From Armatimonadota bacterium (GTDB lineage Bacteria > Armatimonadota > UBA5829 > DSUL01): DNA of 64,000 bases. Position 1 is the first letter of the stretch. Every line of letters begins with the position of its first letter. The stretch is from positions 1 through 64,000 of the forward strand of contig JBDHZC010000007.1 in NCBI GenBank assembly GCA_039811685.1, written 5' to 3'. Under the pieces are notes generated by a model that was given only the letters and a program-made list of their open reading frames with translations, did no database searches and was not told the DNA's origin. The position numbers and the translations under genes were made by a program. Below, one piece after another: positions 49,185 through 57,717 of the stretch.

Positions 49185-49721
49185 TTACTTTGTCTTTGCC
49201 TTCAGGGCGGTGTCAATCTCGGCTTTCCAGTCTTTGGCATCGCCCTCGCCGCTATATCCGACCCACGTCTTAATAACTTTGCCGTCTTTACCAATCAGGA
49301 CGTTCATCGGAATGCCTGCGCGGGGGTCGTTAGCATAGTCCTCAAAAGCTTTGCCCGCTGTCGATCCGTAGAGTACCTGCTGAGTCGCTTTGCGATCCTG
49401 CGCAAACTGCTTCACCGCTTCAGCTTTTCCCGCTTGATCTACCGAGACTGAGGCGATCTTGACACCTTTCTTCGCATAGGCGTTGTTGAGTTTGACAATT
49501 TCGGGAAACTCTGCGCGGCAGGGAGGACACCACGTCGCCCAGAAGTTGAGAAAAACCACTTTACCTTTGTAAGAGCTTAGCTTGAAAGTGCCGCCTTTGA
49601 TATCGCGAACACTGAAATCGGGCGCTTTCGAGCCCTTGGGCAATCCTTGAGCAAGCACAGCAGAGGCCACCAGACCCACGATTCCCGCTGCCAGGGCAAG
49701 CTTACGAAAAGACTTATTCAT
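49185..49721 (-). CDS. TlpA-family thiol-disulfide oxidoreductase (WCPPC), secreted
   Basis: NFWATWCPPC, GIP, signal peptide, GGAGG RBS. Confidence 0.92.
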   Translation of the reverse strand: MNKSFRKLALAAGIVGLVASAVLAQGLPKGSKAPDFSVRDIKGGTFKLSSYKGKVVFLNFWATWCPPCRAEFPEIVKLNNAYAKKGVKIASVSVDQAGKAEAVKQFAQDRKATQQVLYGSTAGKAFEDYANDPRAGIPMNVLIGKDGKVIKTWVGYSGEGDAKDWKAEIDTALKAKTK

Positions 49722-49839
49722 ATATGAATCATCCTCCAGGGGGTCAAGCCCCCGCGAAACGAGTCTTGTTTTATGACAGGTTAAAAAAGGAGCGAGGTTG
49801 CCTTACACAAGGCACTATCTCAAAAGGTAACGCCGCCTG

Positions 49840-50391
49840 TTACGTTGAACCAAGCGCCGAGCTGATGGCTTCGCGCCACTCTGCGGGTTCCTCAGGAGTA
49901 TAGCCCTCCCACTGCTGGATGATGCGGCCGTCTGGACCAATCAGGAAGTTTGCGGGAATCCCGCTAACTCCGAACTCCCGACCCACATTTTGCGCGTCAG
50001 TGCCGGACAGGACAGTATGACGGACGTCGTACTTTTGCGCAAAAGGCTTGACATCGGCCACAGAACGCTCATCGTCCACAGACACAGAGACAACCTTAAC
50101 TTTGCTGGCGTCATACTCGCCGTTCATTTTGACAAGCTCCGGCATCTCTGCGCGGCAGGGCCCGCACCAGGTTGCGAAGAAGTTCAAGAAGACGACTTTG
50201 CCTTTCTGGTCGGAGAGTTTGAACTTGTTGCCGGACAAATCCGTCAAAGAAAAGTCTGGAGCTGACGCACTCGTTGACGCGGATGACGGCACAACTCTGC
50301 TCGCAGGACCGGATCTGGAAGCGCACCCTGCAATAAGAGCTGCACTCACCAGAGCCGCGATTACCAAAAGTCCGGCAGTCGGTCTGAACAT
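49840..50391 (-). CDS. TlpA-family thiol-disulfide oxidoreductase (WCGPC), lipoprotein
   Basis: Lipobox LIAG-C; NFFATWCGPC; AAGGAG RBS before ATG 50391. Confidence 0.92.
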   Translation of the reverse strand: MFRPTAGLLVIAALVSAALIAGCASRSGPASRVVPSSASTSASAPDFSLTDLSGNKFKLSDQKGKVVFLNFFATWCGPCRAEMPELVKMNGEYDASKVKVVSVSVDDERSVADVKPFAQKYDVRHTVLSGTDAQNVGREFGVSGIPANFLIGPDGRIIQQWEGYTPEEPAEWREAISSALGST

Positions 50392-50494
50392 TTTGAAACA
50401 CTCCTTGTTAGCGCGACTCAACGGTGGTAAGATGACGACATTGTGTCCTTCGTCAGTGGCTGTGACCAGCCGAAAGCAGGACATTTCGAAACGC

Positions 50495-52522
50495 ATGATC
50501 TTGTTCCGAGCGCGCAAGGCAAAAACTACTGCGTTCTGCTTCCTGCTTGTCGCCATGGCGGGAAGCGCCGCACTCGCACAGCAGTGGGCTATTGTACTCG
50601 ATTCTCAGCCACGACGAATTGCCGCAGACGGCCGCTCCACGACACAAATCAGCGCACGGGTCTCCTCACCTGAGACAGGCCCGGCGCCCGACGGTACAGA
50701 AGTACGCTTCAACACCACTTCAGGTTCCATCGTTCCGATTGGACGCGTAACCGGCGGACGGGCCTCTACGATTTTGACGAGCGCGGCTACGCGCAATATT
50801 GCGCAGGTTACCGCTATTGTTGGCAGCTTCTCCGCAACAACAGAGGTGGAGTTTGTCTCTGGTGATTTTCAGGCTGAAGAAGTGATGCTGACGGTGGAGG
50901 GCGATCTGGCCTACAGCGCCGATCGCGGCGTGCTTATCGGTGCGGATGCCACGCTGCGCCACGGCGATCTCACGCTGTCCGGGCGCACTCTGGAATTTGA
51001 TGAACAGAAGGGGCAGGTGCGCGCTCAGGACAACGTCACCATTTCCAAGCGCGGAGTCTCAATCTCTGCAGACGCCGTTTTCTACTCACCCGAGGAAGGG
51101 AGCGGAGCCCTGCTGGTTAACGGACGCGAACCACAGGAAATTCACTTCCGCGCGGACACTCTGACGGTGCAAAGCGCACAGCCCGCTACGGACACTTCTC
51201 GCTGGACAGCCTTCACCGCTCCAGATACACGGACATGGATCACCGCTGACAAAGCTGTGGTCTGGCCGCGGGAGCGCATCCAGTTCACGCAGGCGACCGT
51301 CGCCGTCAACGGCAAACCGGTCCTGGCCCTGCCCCACTACTTCTACGACTACCGCGGCAACGGGTTCAACCCTATCTCACAGCAGTTTCGCTACACGACG
51401 TACGAAGGGATGGTTGTTGACCTGCCTTTCTACTTCCAGTTCAAGGAGCAGAGTAGCGCAGGGATCCGCTTGCGCTACGCGGGGCGTGGAACTTCCTATG
51501 GAAGCTACGCCTCACCGCGTAAAGGTTTTAGCCTGGGACTTGAACAAATATATAACGCACAAGGGGGCGGTGGGCGTCTCTTTGTCGATTCTTTTGCGTC
51601 CTCCAGTCGCCTGTTGGAATGGTCCCACAACCAGAGCCTTTCGGGGGGGCGCACACTGAACGGGTCTCTGCGCTTCCAACCACATTCCGGCTTTGCCAAA
51701 AACGCGATTTCAGGATTTGGAAGTTACGGATGGCGAATGGGCGGAATGGACATGACGCTCGCCGCGTATGGCAGCCGAAGCCAGGCTATCTCGAACCAAT
51801 ACATCCCCACTTCCGGGTCGGGAAGTCTCACCACGCGGCTGGACGCTCGAAGTCCAGGGCGTCCAATCGGAGATACGGGACTGTCGTGGAGGACAAACTT
51901 TGCACTGGTCAACGGTCCGTTGTACGCAAGTAAGACTGGCAGCAGCGTCCATGGGCTCTATCAGACATTAGGCATCGGGATATCGAACCGCCCTATCCAT
52001 CTGGCCGGCGGTACGACGCTGACGCTGGATACCGACATTGGCCGAACATTTGGGGCGCTCAATTCAAACAGCGTGCGCGGCAAGGCGGTGCTGGCGAAAT
52101 CCCTTGGCAGAACAGGGGAAATCTCGCTTACGTGGGATCAGCAGTTTGCAGGTGGTGGCACGCTGACAAGCGCCTACCGCAAGGCACTCACCGGGACGAT
52201 CTCCGCAGGAAGGGCCGACGGCCTGCACGGCTACGCTTACCTCACCTGGTTGCCGGACGAGCACACGAAGGCAATTCAGGCTACTGTAATGAAGCCCCTG
52301 TCACCGGTTATGAGACTGGAGATAAGTCACAACTTCTCGGGGGTGACTTACGACGATGGACTGGGCCAGATATTCGCCAGTGACTTCGGCTATACGCGCT
52401 TCTCTCTGGTGAGGGCGCTTGGCATTGTCGATCTGAGTCTCAACTTCAGCCCTCAGGGACGCGACTACGGTCTGAAGCGCGGGCAGAAAATCTGGTTCGA
52501 GCTGGGCTCGCGCGCATTCTAG
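50495..52522 (+). CDS. Outer-membrane protein: invasin-type Ig domain + OstA/LptA-like region + beta-barrel (LptD-like)
   Basis: Signal peptide ending ALA-Q; IAADGRST...PDGTEVRF.T..G Ig motif; QVRAQDNVTI and ITADKAVVWP...F..A...V.GKPVL.LP LptD-like segments; amphipathic strands; terminal Phe. Confidence 0.7.
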   Translation: MILFRARKAKTTAFCFLLVAMAGSAALAQQWAIVLDSQPRRIAADGRSTTQISARVSSPETGPAPDGTEVRFNTTSGSIVPIGRVTGGRASTILTSAATRNIAQVTAIVGSFSATTEVEFVSGDFQAEEVMLTVEGDLAYSADRGVLIGADATLRHGDLTLSGRTLEFDEQKGQVRAQDNVTISKRGVSISADAVFYSPEEGSGALLVNGREPQEIHFRADTLTVQSAQPATDTSRWTAFTAPDTRTWITADKAVVWPRERIQFTQATVAVNGKPVLALPHYFYDYRGNGFNPISQQFRYTTYEGMVVDLPFYFQFKEQSSAGIRLRYAGRGTSYGSYASPRKGFSLGLEQIYNAQGGGGRLFVDSFASSSRLLEWSHNQSLSGGRTLNGSLRFQPHSGFAKNAISGFGSYGWRMGGMDMTLAAYGSRSQAISNQYIPTSGSGSLTTRLDARSPGRPIGDTGLSWRTNFALVNGPLYASKTGSSVHGLYQTLGIGISNRPIHLAGGTTLTLDTDIGRTFGALNSNSVRGKAVLAKSLGRTGEISLTWDQQFAGGGTLTSAYRKALTGTISAGRADGLHGYAYLTWLPDEHTKAIQATVMKPLSPVMRLEISHNFSGVTYDDGLGQIFASDFGYTRFSLVRALGIVDLSLNFSPQGRDYGLKRGQKIWFELGSRAF

Positions 52523-52672
52523 CTGACTGATTCGTCCTTTCTTCCCTCCGGCAAGTCGTCTCCGGCGCAAATCTGGCTTGACACTTGAGCTCCAGGCGTG
52601 GAACAACCTCTTTGATGCCAATGGTCCTCCTGTCTTCGCGCACCCACAGGACGAGACTGCGGAGTGGTTCAC

Positions 52673-53824
52673 ATGCTTCAACATCTTCCTCTTGATCAGG
52701 TTGTTCCCGCCCCCGGCCAACCGCGAAAAACCTTCTACGAAGACTCCCTGGAAGAGCTGGCTCAGTCCATCAAGGAACGGGGCGTGCTTGAACCCATTGT
52801 CGTGCGCCCGATGCCCGACGGGACATATCAGATCATCATGGGTGAGCGGCGCTACCGGGCGTCCAGACTGGCAGGTCTGACTGAGATCCCCTGCATTATC
52901 CGGGAGCTCAGCGATGAAGACGCCCGCACAGATGCGTTGCTGGAGAACTTCCAGCGCGAAGATCTCAATCCGGTCGAAAGAGCACGGGCGATCGAAGAGC
53001 TTCTGCAGTACGCTCCCATGGAGAAGGTCGCGCGCACGCTGGGCGTCAAAGAAGCGACAGTGCGGCGGCACCTGGAGATACTGGAGCTTCCCAACGCCGT
53101 TCTGGAGGAGTTGGTTGGACGCGAGGGGGAGCACGCCTTTACGGAAGGCCACGCGCGAGCGCTGCGCAACCTCGACGACGATCCGATTACGCAGGTGAGG
53201 CTGGCGCGCAAAGTGAAGGCTGAGGGCCTGGCGATAGATGAACTCCAGCGTCTGATTCAGGCGATAGGCAATATTCCCGACAAGAAGGAAGCCTTTCTGC
53301 GCGTACCTCTGAGCGTGGCGGAAGAGATGATTCGCCAGACGGCGCGTGAACGTGGGATGAAGCGAACCCGCACGTTCAAGCCTCAAACGGCCCAGACACA
53401 CGCAAGCACTCTCGAAAAGCTGCTCAGCCAGTTGACTGACGCTCTGGACTCGAGAGTCATCGAGTTTCTGTCCGACGAAGAGCGCAGCACCCTGCTGGCA
53501 AGCTGCACAAGCGTTGTCAACGGGCTTCGCGATTTCACAGAGCGGCTCAGAAAAGCTATGGATGAGGTGGCGGGATTCCAGGAAGTCTATATCAACTGCG
53601 CATTGTGCGGACGGTTGGAGCTGATTGGCACGCCCCGCTGCAGCGTATGCTGGAGCCCCATGAAGCGCTGCATTGACTGCGGACACTACGACAAGACCTA
53701 TCAACAGTGTTCACTGGATGGAACGTTCATTCCGACATCGGAGGCGGAAACACCCTCCGAGACATCCCGCAGCTACAAATGCGAAAACTACACGCCCAAG
53801 TTTGACGTAAAGCGGGCGGCCTAG
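52673..53824 (+). CDS. Orphan ParB/Spo0J-family protein with C-terminal Cys-rich domain
   Basis: QPRK.F, GERRYRA, EN..REDL and HTH; CxxC-x10-CxxC-x6-CxxC-x9-C-x23-C tail. Confidence 0.9.
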   Translation: MLQHLPLDQVVPAPGQPRKTFYEDSLEELAQSIKERGVLEPIVVRPMPDGTYQIIMGERRYRASRLAGLTEIPCIIRELSDEDARTDALLENFQREDLNPVERARAIEELLQYAPMEKVARTLGVKEATVRRHLEILELPNAVLEELVGREGEHAFTEGHARALRNLDDDPITQVRLARKVKAEGLAIDELQRLIQAIGNIPDKKEAFLRVPLSVAEEMIRQTARERGMKRTRTFKPQTAQTHASTLEKLLSQLTDALDSRVIEFLSDEERSTLLASCTSVVNGLRDFTERLRKAMDEVAGFQEVYINCALCGRLELIGTPRCSVCWSPMKRCIDCGHYDKTYQQCSLDGTFIPTSEAETPSETSRSYKCENYTPKFDVKRAA

Positions 53825-53890
53825 AAATAGGTTGTCTGCTGAAGCCGTGCGATCATACGTTCTCGCAACGGGCGTTCAGGTAGTGAGAAC

Positions 53891-54769
53891 TCAGCGTCCC
53901 GCTGATTCGAAGGCGCTGTGTATCTGTTGTCTCAGATAGTGCCCAAAGGCCAGCGCATCAGGCCGCACCAGATGCCCACCGTCACTCGTCACCCAGTTAC
54001 GCTCCGGCGGTTCGGGCAGCCAGGAATACTCAGAAGCCGGAAAAGCATCTTTCAAAAGAGCCGCTATCTGCCTCTGGCGCAGACTCTCGCGTACGCTGCG
54101 CTCACCTGGAATATCGAAGAGTACGACGCGCACCCCCCTGCTTTGAAAAGTAGCAATCTCCGCTCGCAACCGCTTTGCCCCGGAGAGTATACTCTTCCGA
54201 TCTGCCTCAGACAGCCCGAGCGCCTGCTGCTTCAACACCTGTTGAATTACAGTGCGGCGTACAGGTGAGATGAGCGCAACATCGCGCTCGGAGGGAGAAG
54301 GTGGCTGCTCACGGCGAATCCGATGCTTGACCAGGCTGACCAGGACGGAGACAGGATTGTACTCTTCGCGAAGCGCAGGCACTCGACGTCGCAAGGTCCC
54401 CCACCCCCCAAACAAAGCGCGCACGAGATCCTCGTCTGTGGAACGGGCAAGCGTCTCATTGACCTCCACAAGTACTGTTTCGGGTCTTGTAGAGGCTCGA
54501 AGGGCAATCAGAAGGCCGGTCTGTGAAGAGCCACCAGACATAGCCAGATTTGTCACGTCTGGTCCGATCCACTCCGCGCGAATGTTGTTCGCCAGCGAGC
54601 TTCCCACTACCAGGATACGGCTCTCAGAGGCATTGTGGAACAAAAAGCGCTCGGCCTTGACGGTGTTGGACTGCCAGATAGTGATTCCGTCACTGGCTGG
54701 CACAAGGCCGGATGAGACCGCAGCACAGTAGGCGGCGAGGATCAACGCACACGTGAGCAGAGAGCGCAT
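53891..54769 (-). CDS. SGNH-like (AlgJ/DltD/PatB-type) acyltransferase partner
   Basis: N-terminal anchor; VVGSS, NLAMSGG and DGGH motifs; follows the MBOAT gene. Confidence 0.7.
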   Translation of the reverse strand: MRSLLTCALILAAYCAAVSSGLVPASDGITIWQSNTVKAERFLFHNASESRILVVGSSLANNIRAEWIGPDVTNLAMSGGSSQTGLLIALRASTRPETVLVEVNETLARSTDEDLVRALFGGWGTLRRRVPALREEYNPVSVLVSLVKHRIRREQPPSPSERDVALISPVRRTVIQQVLKQQALGLSEADRKSILSGAKRLRAEIATFQSRGVRVVLFDIPGERSVRESLRQRQIAALLKDAFPASEYSWLPEPPERNWVTSDGGHLVRPDALAFGHYLRQQIHSAFESAGR

Positions 54770-54797
54770 TATTGCACGTGAGGGTTTCTGAGAGCGC

Positions 54798-56288
54798 TCA
54801 GAACTGGAAGTATATGAAGGCTTTCGATGTACCACTGTTCAGCACAATCATCGCGAGCATAATTCCAACGGCGCCATCAAACGCCAGACGGCGGCCTCTG
54901 GATATCTGCGCAGCTTCGTCAGGCCGCCATAGCGGAAAGTGGAGCGCGTGATAGACAACGACAGGTAGTGAGAACAACACGACTGGTACGACCTGGTTGA
55001 TACTCGGGGCTACCCGCCAGTTGTGAGCCATTGTAGCCAGATAGTCCATCGCCTGCCCGAACTCCGGCAACTTGAAGAGCAGCCATCCGAACGTGACAAA
55101 TGTAAAGACCACCAGTGCCCGGGCGAGATCGCGTATCAGATTGAGCAGGCCTGAACCTGATGGCCGATTATCCTGGCTGGACGATCCGGCCAATCCGAGA
55201 AGGCGCTCCAGAGCAAGGCCTGCGCCGTGATACAGCCCCCAGACCGCATAACTCCACGCTGCTCCGTGCCAGAGCCCCCCGAGTCCCATGACAATCATCA
55301 GATTGAGGTAGGTGCGGCGCTTCCCCAGGCGGTTGCCTCCGAGAGGAATGTAAAGATAATCTCGAAGCCAGGTCGACAGAGAGATGTGCCAGCGTCGCCA
55401 GAACTCCGACAGCGACCGCGAAATATAGGGAAAATTGAAGTTGGGTGGCAGAGTGTATCCAAGAGCTGCGGCAAGCCCGATGGCTATAAGAGAATATCCC
55501 GCGAAATCCGCGAAGATCTGTATCGAGTAGCCAAAAAGAAGAACCAGGCACGTGACGGTTCCAAAACCCTCGTAGTACGGATAGGCGATGTAGTAGGTGT
55601 AGTCCTTGAGATTATCTGCCACGACCATCTTGAGGAAGAAGCCTGTGACGAGCGTGCGAAACACGAACTCCCACGGAATATCCCGAAAACGCTTTGGGGC
55701 AATTTGAGGGTAGAACTGACGGGCTTTCAGGATCGGGCCTGCCACCAGATGCGGGAAGAACGCCACAAAGAGCGAAGTATTCAGCGCATGCTGCGCAAAG
55801 CTCTCATTCACGTATTCGACACGTCGGGCAGCGCCCGGCTCATCGGACGATCTATGGCGCAACACGTCAACCAGCAGACTCACGCCTTCAAACGTGTAAA
55901 ACGAAATTCCGATTGGTAGCGGGAGGTTGAGAAGAAGAGAAACGAGCCCCTCCTCCGGTGAATGCCCGGCCGTGGCCATCTTGACTGCAAGGCCGGTGAG
56001 CAGCGCTCCGTATTTGAACAGACACAGAATGCCGATGTTGGCAATCACTCCGAGCGCTGCCCAGACTGGACGGGCACGGGCGCTACAGCGCGCGACGACA
56101 TAGCTGGTGGCGCTGTTGATGGCTATAGAACAGATGAGCAACAACAGCAGCCAGGGCGCGTTCCAGGCATAGAAGAAAAAGCTGGCGGCGACCAGGAGCC
56201 CCACCTGCCATCGCCGCATCATCGGCAGATAGTAAAGGCAGAAGACTATTAGAAAGAATACTGCGAAAACCGGAGTCGTGAAGAGCAT
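54798..56288 (-). CDS. MBOAT O-acyltransferase (AlgI/DltB-like)
   Basis: LPIGISFYTF, DFAGYS, NFNFPY, FWRRWHISLSTWLRDYLYIPLGG and GLWHGA motifs. Confidence 0.95.
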   Translation of the reverse strand: MLFTTPVFAVFFLIVFCLYYLPMMRRWQVGLLVAASFFFYAWNAPWLLLLLICSIAINSATSYVVARCSARARPVWAALGVIANIGILCLFKYGALLTGLAVKMATAGHSPEEGLVSLLLNLPLPIGISFYTFEGVSLLVDVLRHRSSDEPGAARRVEYVNESFAQHALNTSLFVAFFPHLVAGPILKARQFYPQIAPKRFRDIPWEFVFRTLVTGFFLKMVVADNLKDYTYYIAYPYYEGFGTVTCLVLLFGYSIQIFADFAGYSLIAIGLAAALGYTLPPNFNFPYISRSLSEFWRRWHISLSTWLRDYLYIPLGGNRLGKRRTYLNLMIVMGLGGLWHGAAWSYAVWGLYHGAGLALERLLGLAGSSSQDNRPSGSGLLNLIRDLARALVVFTFVTFGWLLFKLPEFGQAMDYLATMAHNWRVAPSINQVVPVVLFSLPVVVYHALHFPLWRPDEAAQISRGRRLAFDGAVGIMLAMIVLNSGTSKAFIYFQF

Positions 56289-56532
56289 AGCCGCAGGAGT
56301 GTGGCTTTTGGCCAGTGTCATTCTTACGAGCCAGCGCGGATTTGTCAAGCTGGAGCGTTGGGGGACTTTGCCGATCTTCTCAGTCGAAGCGCATCGGAAG
56401 AGACTTCGGACACACTCAGGCAGACAGGCGCTAAGCAGCAGGGCAGATCTGCCAAAAGCCGTGCGCATTCCGCGAATTTTGCTGTATCCTGTGTAAGGCG
56501 CGGCGCTGCTGCGGTCACGAGAGGAGAATACG

Positions 56533-56808
56533 ATGGAGTGCCTGCACGAAAACGCTGTTTACAACGTAGAGTTCAACCGCTACTCGGATGAACAGGGAAT
56601 TCCGCGCAAGTTCTCCGCAGAGCTGACCATCTACTGCCGGCACTGCGGCGCTCAGTTCAGCTTTCGAGACCCGGTAATCTCCAATGACGGCATGATCCTG
56701 AGCGCAACAATTGAGCCTGAGACGGGGATGCCGGATATGCCGCGGGAGACCATTTCTGAAAGCCTCGACCTGAGAGACCTCTTTCTCGGAAAACAGGAAG
56801 AGGAGTAG
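56533..56808 (+). CDS. Small hypothetical protein, probable zinc binder
   Basis: GAGGAG RBS; CxH near the N-terminus plus CRHC; acidic tail. Confidence 0.75.
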   Translation: MECLHENAVYNVEFNRYSDEQGIPRKFSAELTIYCRHCGAQFSFRDPVISNDGMILSATIEPETGMPDMPRETISESLDLRDLFLGKQEEE

Positions 56809-56898
56809 CCGCTGCCAGTCACACACTTCCGGCCGGCTTTGCACATAGCATGTGACCTGTACTCAAGCTGACACGTCGCGTTAGCCCAGACCGGCCAG

Positions 56899-57495
56899 CT
56901 ACACGCGACGAATCCGCGACAGCCAGCCTCGAGCGCCGCCTCCGTCTCCGGTCGCTGGAAAAGTCCGTCCACCGAAGCGCTTAGCCTGAATGCTCTCGAC
57001 CTCCCAGCCGTCTTGGAATGCGCTGCGAATTTCACTCTGTGTAACTCGGCGCGGACCTCCGTCGCGAGTCTCAAGTTCACTGAAGCACATCATATGGTAG
57101 ACGCCGCCGGGCCGCAGGACAGCAGCGAGACTGCGGACATAGCGAATCCTGTCGTTGTCGTCAAAGGAGTGAAACAGCCCACAATCCACGACCGTATCAA
57201 ACGTACGGCCGAGAGCTTTCATATCCAGCGCATCGAGATATTCGAACACTACCGGGATACCGCGCTCAGCGCTCTTCTGACGAGCGCGCTCCAGAGCTAT
57301 TCTGGCGAAGTCGATACCCCAGACCTCGTGTCCTCTACCACTCAGATACAGGGCCAACTCTCCCGTGCCGCACCCAGCATCCAAAACGCTGCCTGTAATC
57401 TGTCCAGTCTCTTCAAGCTCTACGAAGACGGCTTGAGGCTCTCCGATATCCCAGGGCGGACTACCGCGCTCATACATTTCATCAAACCTGCTCAT
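56899..57495 (-). CDS. Class I SAM-dependent methyltransferase
   Basis: PPWDIGEPQ, VLDAGCGTG and DCGLFH motifs. Confidence 0.92.
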   Translation of the reverse strand: MSRFDEMYERGSPPWDIGEPQAVFVELEETGQITGSVLDAGCGTGELALYLSGRGHEVWGIDFARIALERARQKSAERGIPVVFEYLDALDMKALGRTFDTVVDCGLFHSFDDNDRIRYVRSLAAVLRPGGVYHMMCFSELETRDGGPRRVTQSEIRSAFQDGWEVESIQAKRFGGRTFPATGDGGGARGWLSRIRRV

Positions 57496-57548
57496 ACTCC
57501 CCCTCTTATGTCAGGCGCAGTCTCAGACCTTTGAAGAAACTACACACA

Positions 57549-57584
57549 CAAGAAACAGGCCGGGATCTTGGGCTCCCGGCCTGT
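57549..57584 (-). terminator. Rho-independent terminator
   Basis: 11-bp stem ACAGGCCGGGA/TCCCGGCCTGT (57555-57584) followed by TTCTT on the minus strand. Confidence 0.8.
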
Positions 57585-57715
57585 CAGCGCCTTGTGGCTG
57601 CTGCTGCAGTTCTTTACGTCAGCTTTGAGCAAGTTGGACGCCAGATGCTTCTGGTCGCATTAGGAATTGCTCTCAAGAATGCGTTACCCGCCACGGAGCA
57701 GCTCCAAACGCAGAC
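57583..57715 (-). ncRNA. Candidate rod-shaped structured RNA
   Basis: Nested complementary blocks across ~130 nt, immediately before a terminator (see findings). Confidence 0.4.
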
Positions 57716-57717
57716 TA

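Noticed and set aside
50048..50494. N-terminal extension of the 824-aa ORF
   Set aside because: It overlaps the thioredoxin gene on the other strand; the signal peptide and RBS point to ATG 50495.
52301..53704. 467-aa ORF antisense to parB
   Set aside because: Shadow ORF on the opposite strand of a clear gene.
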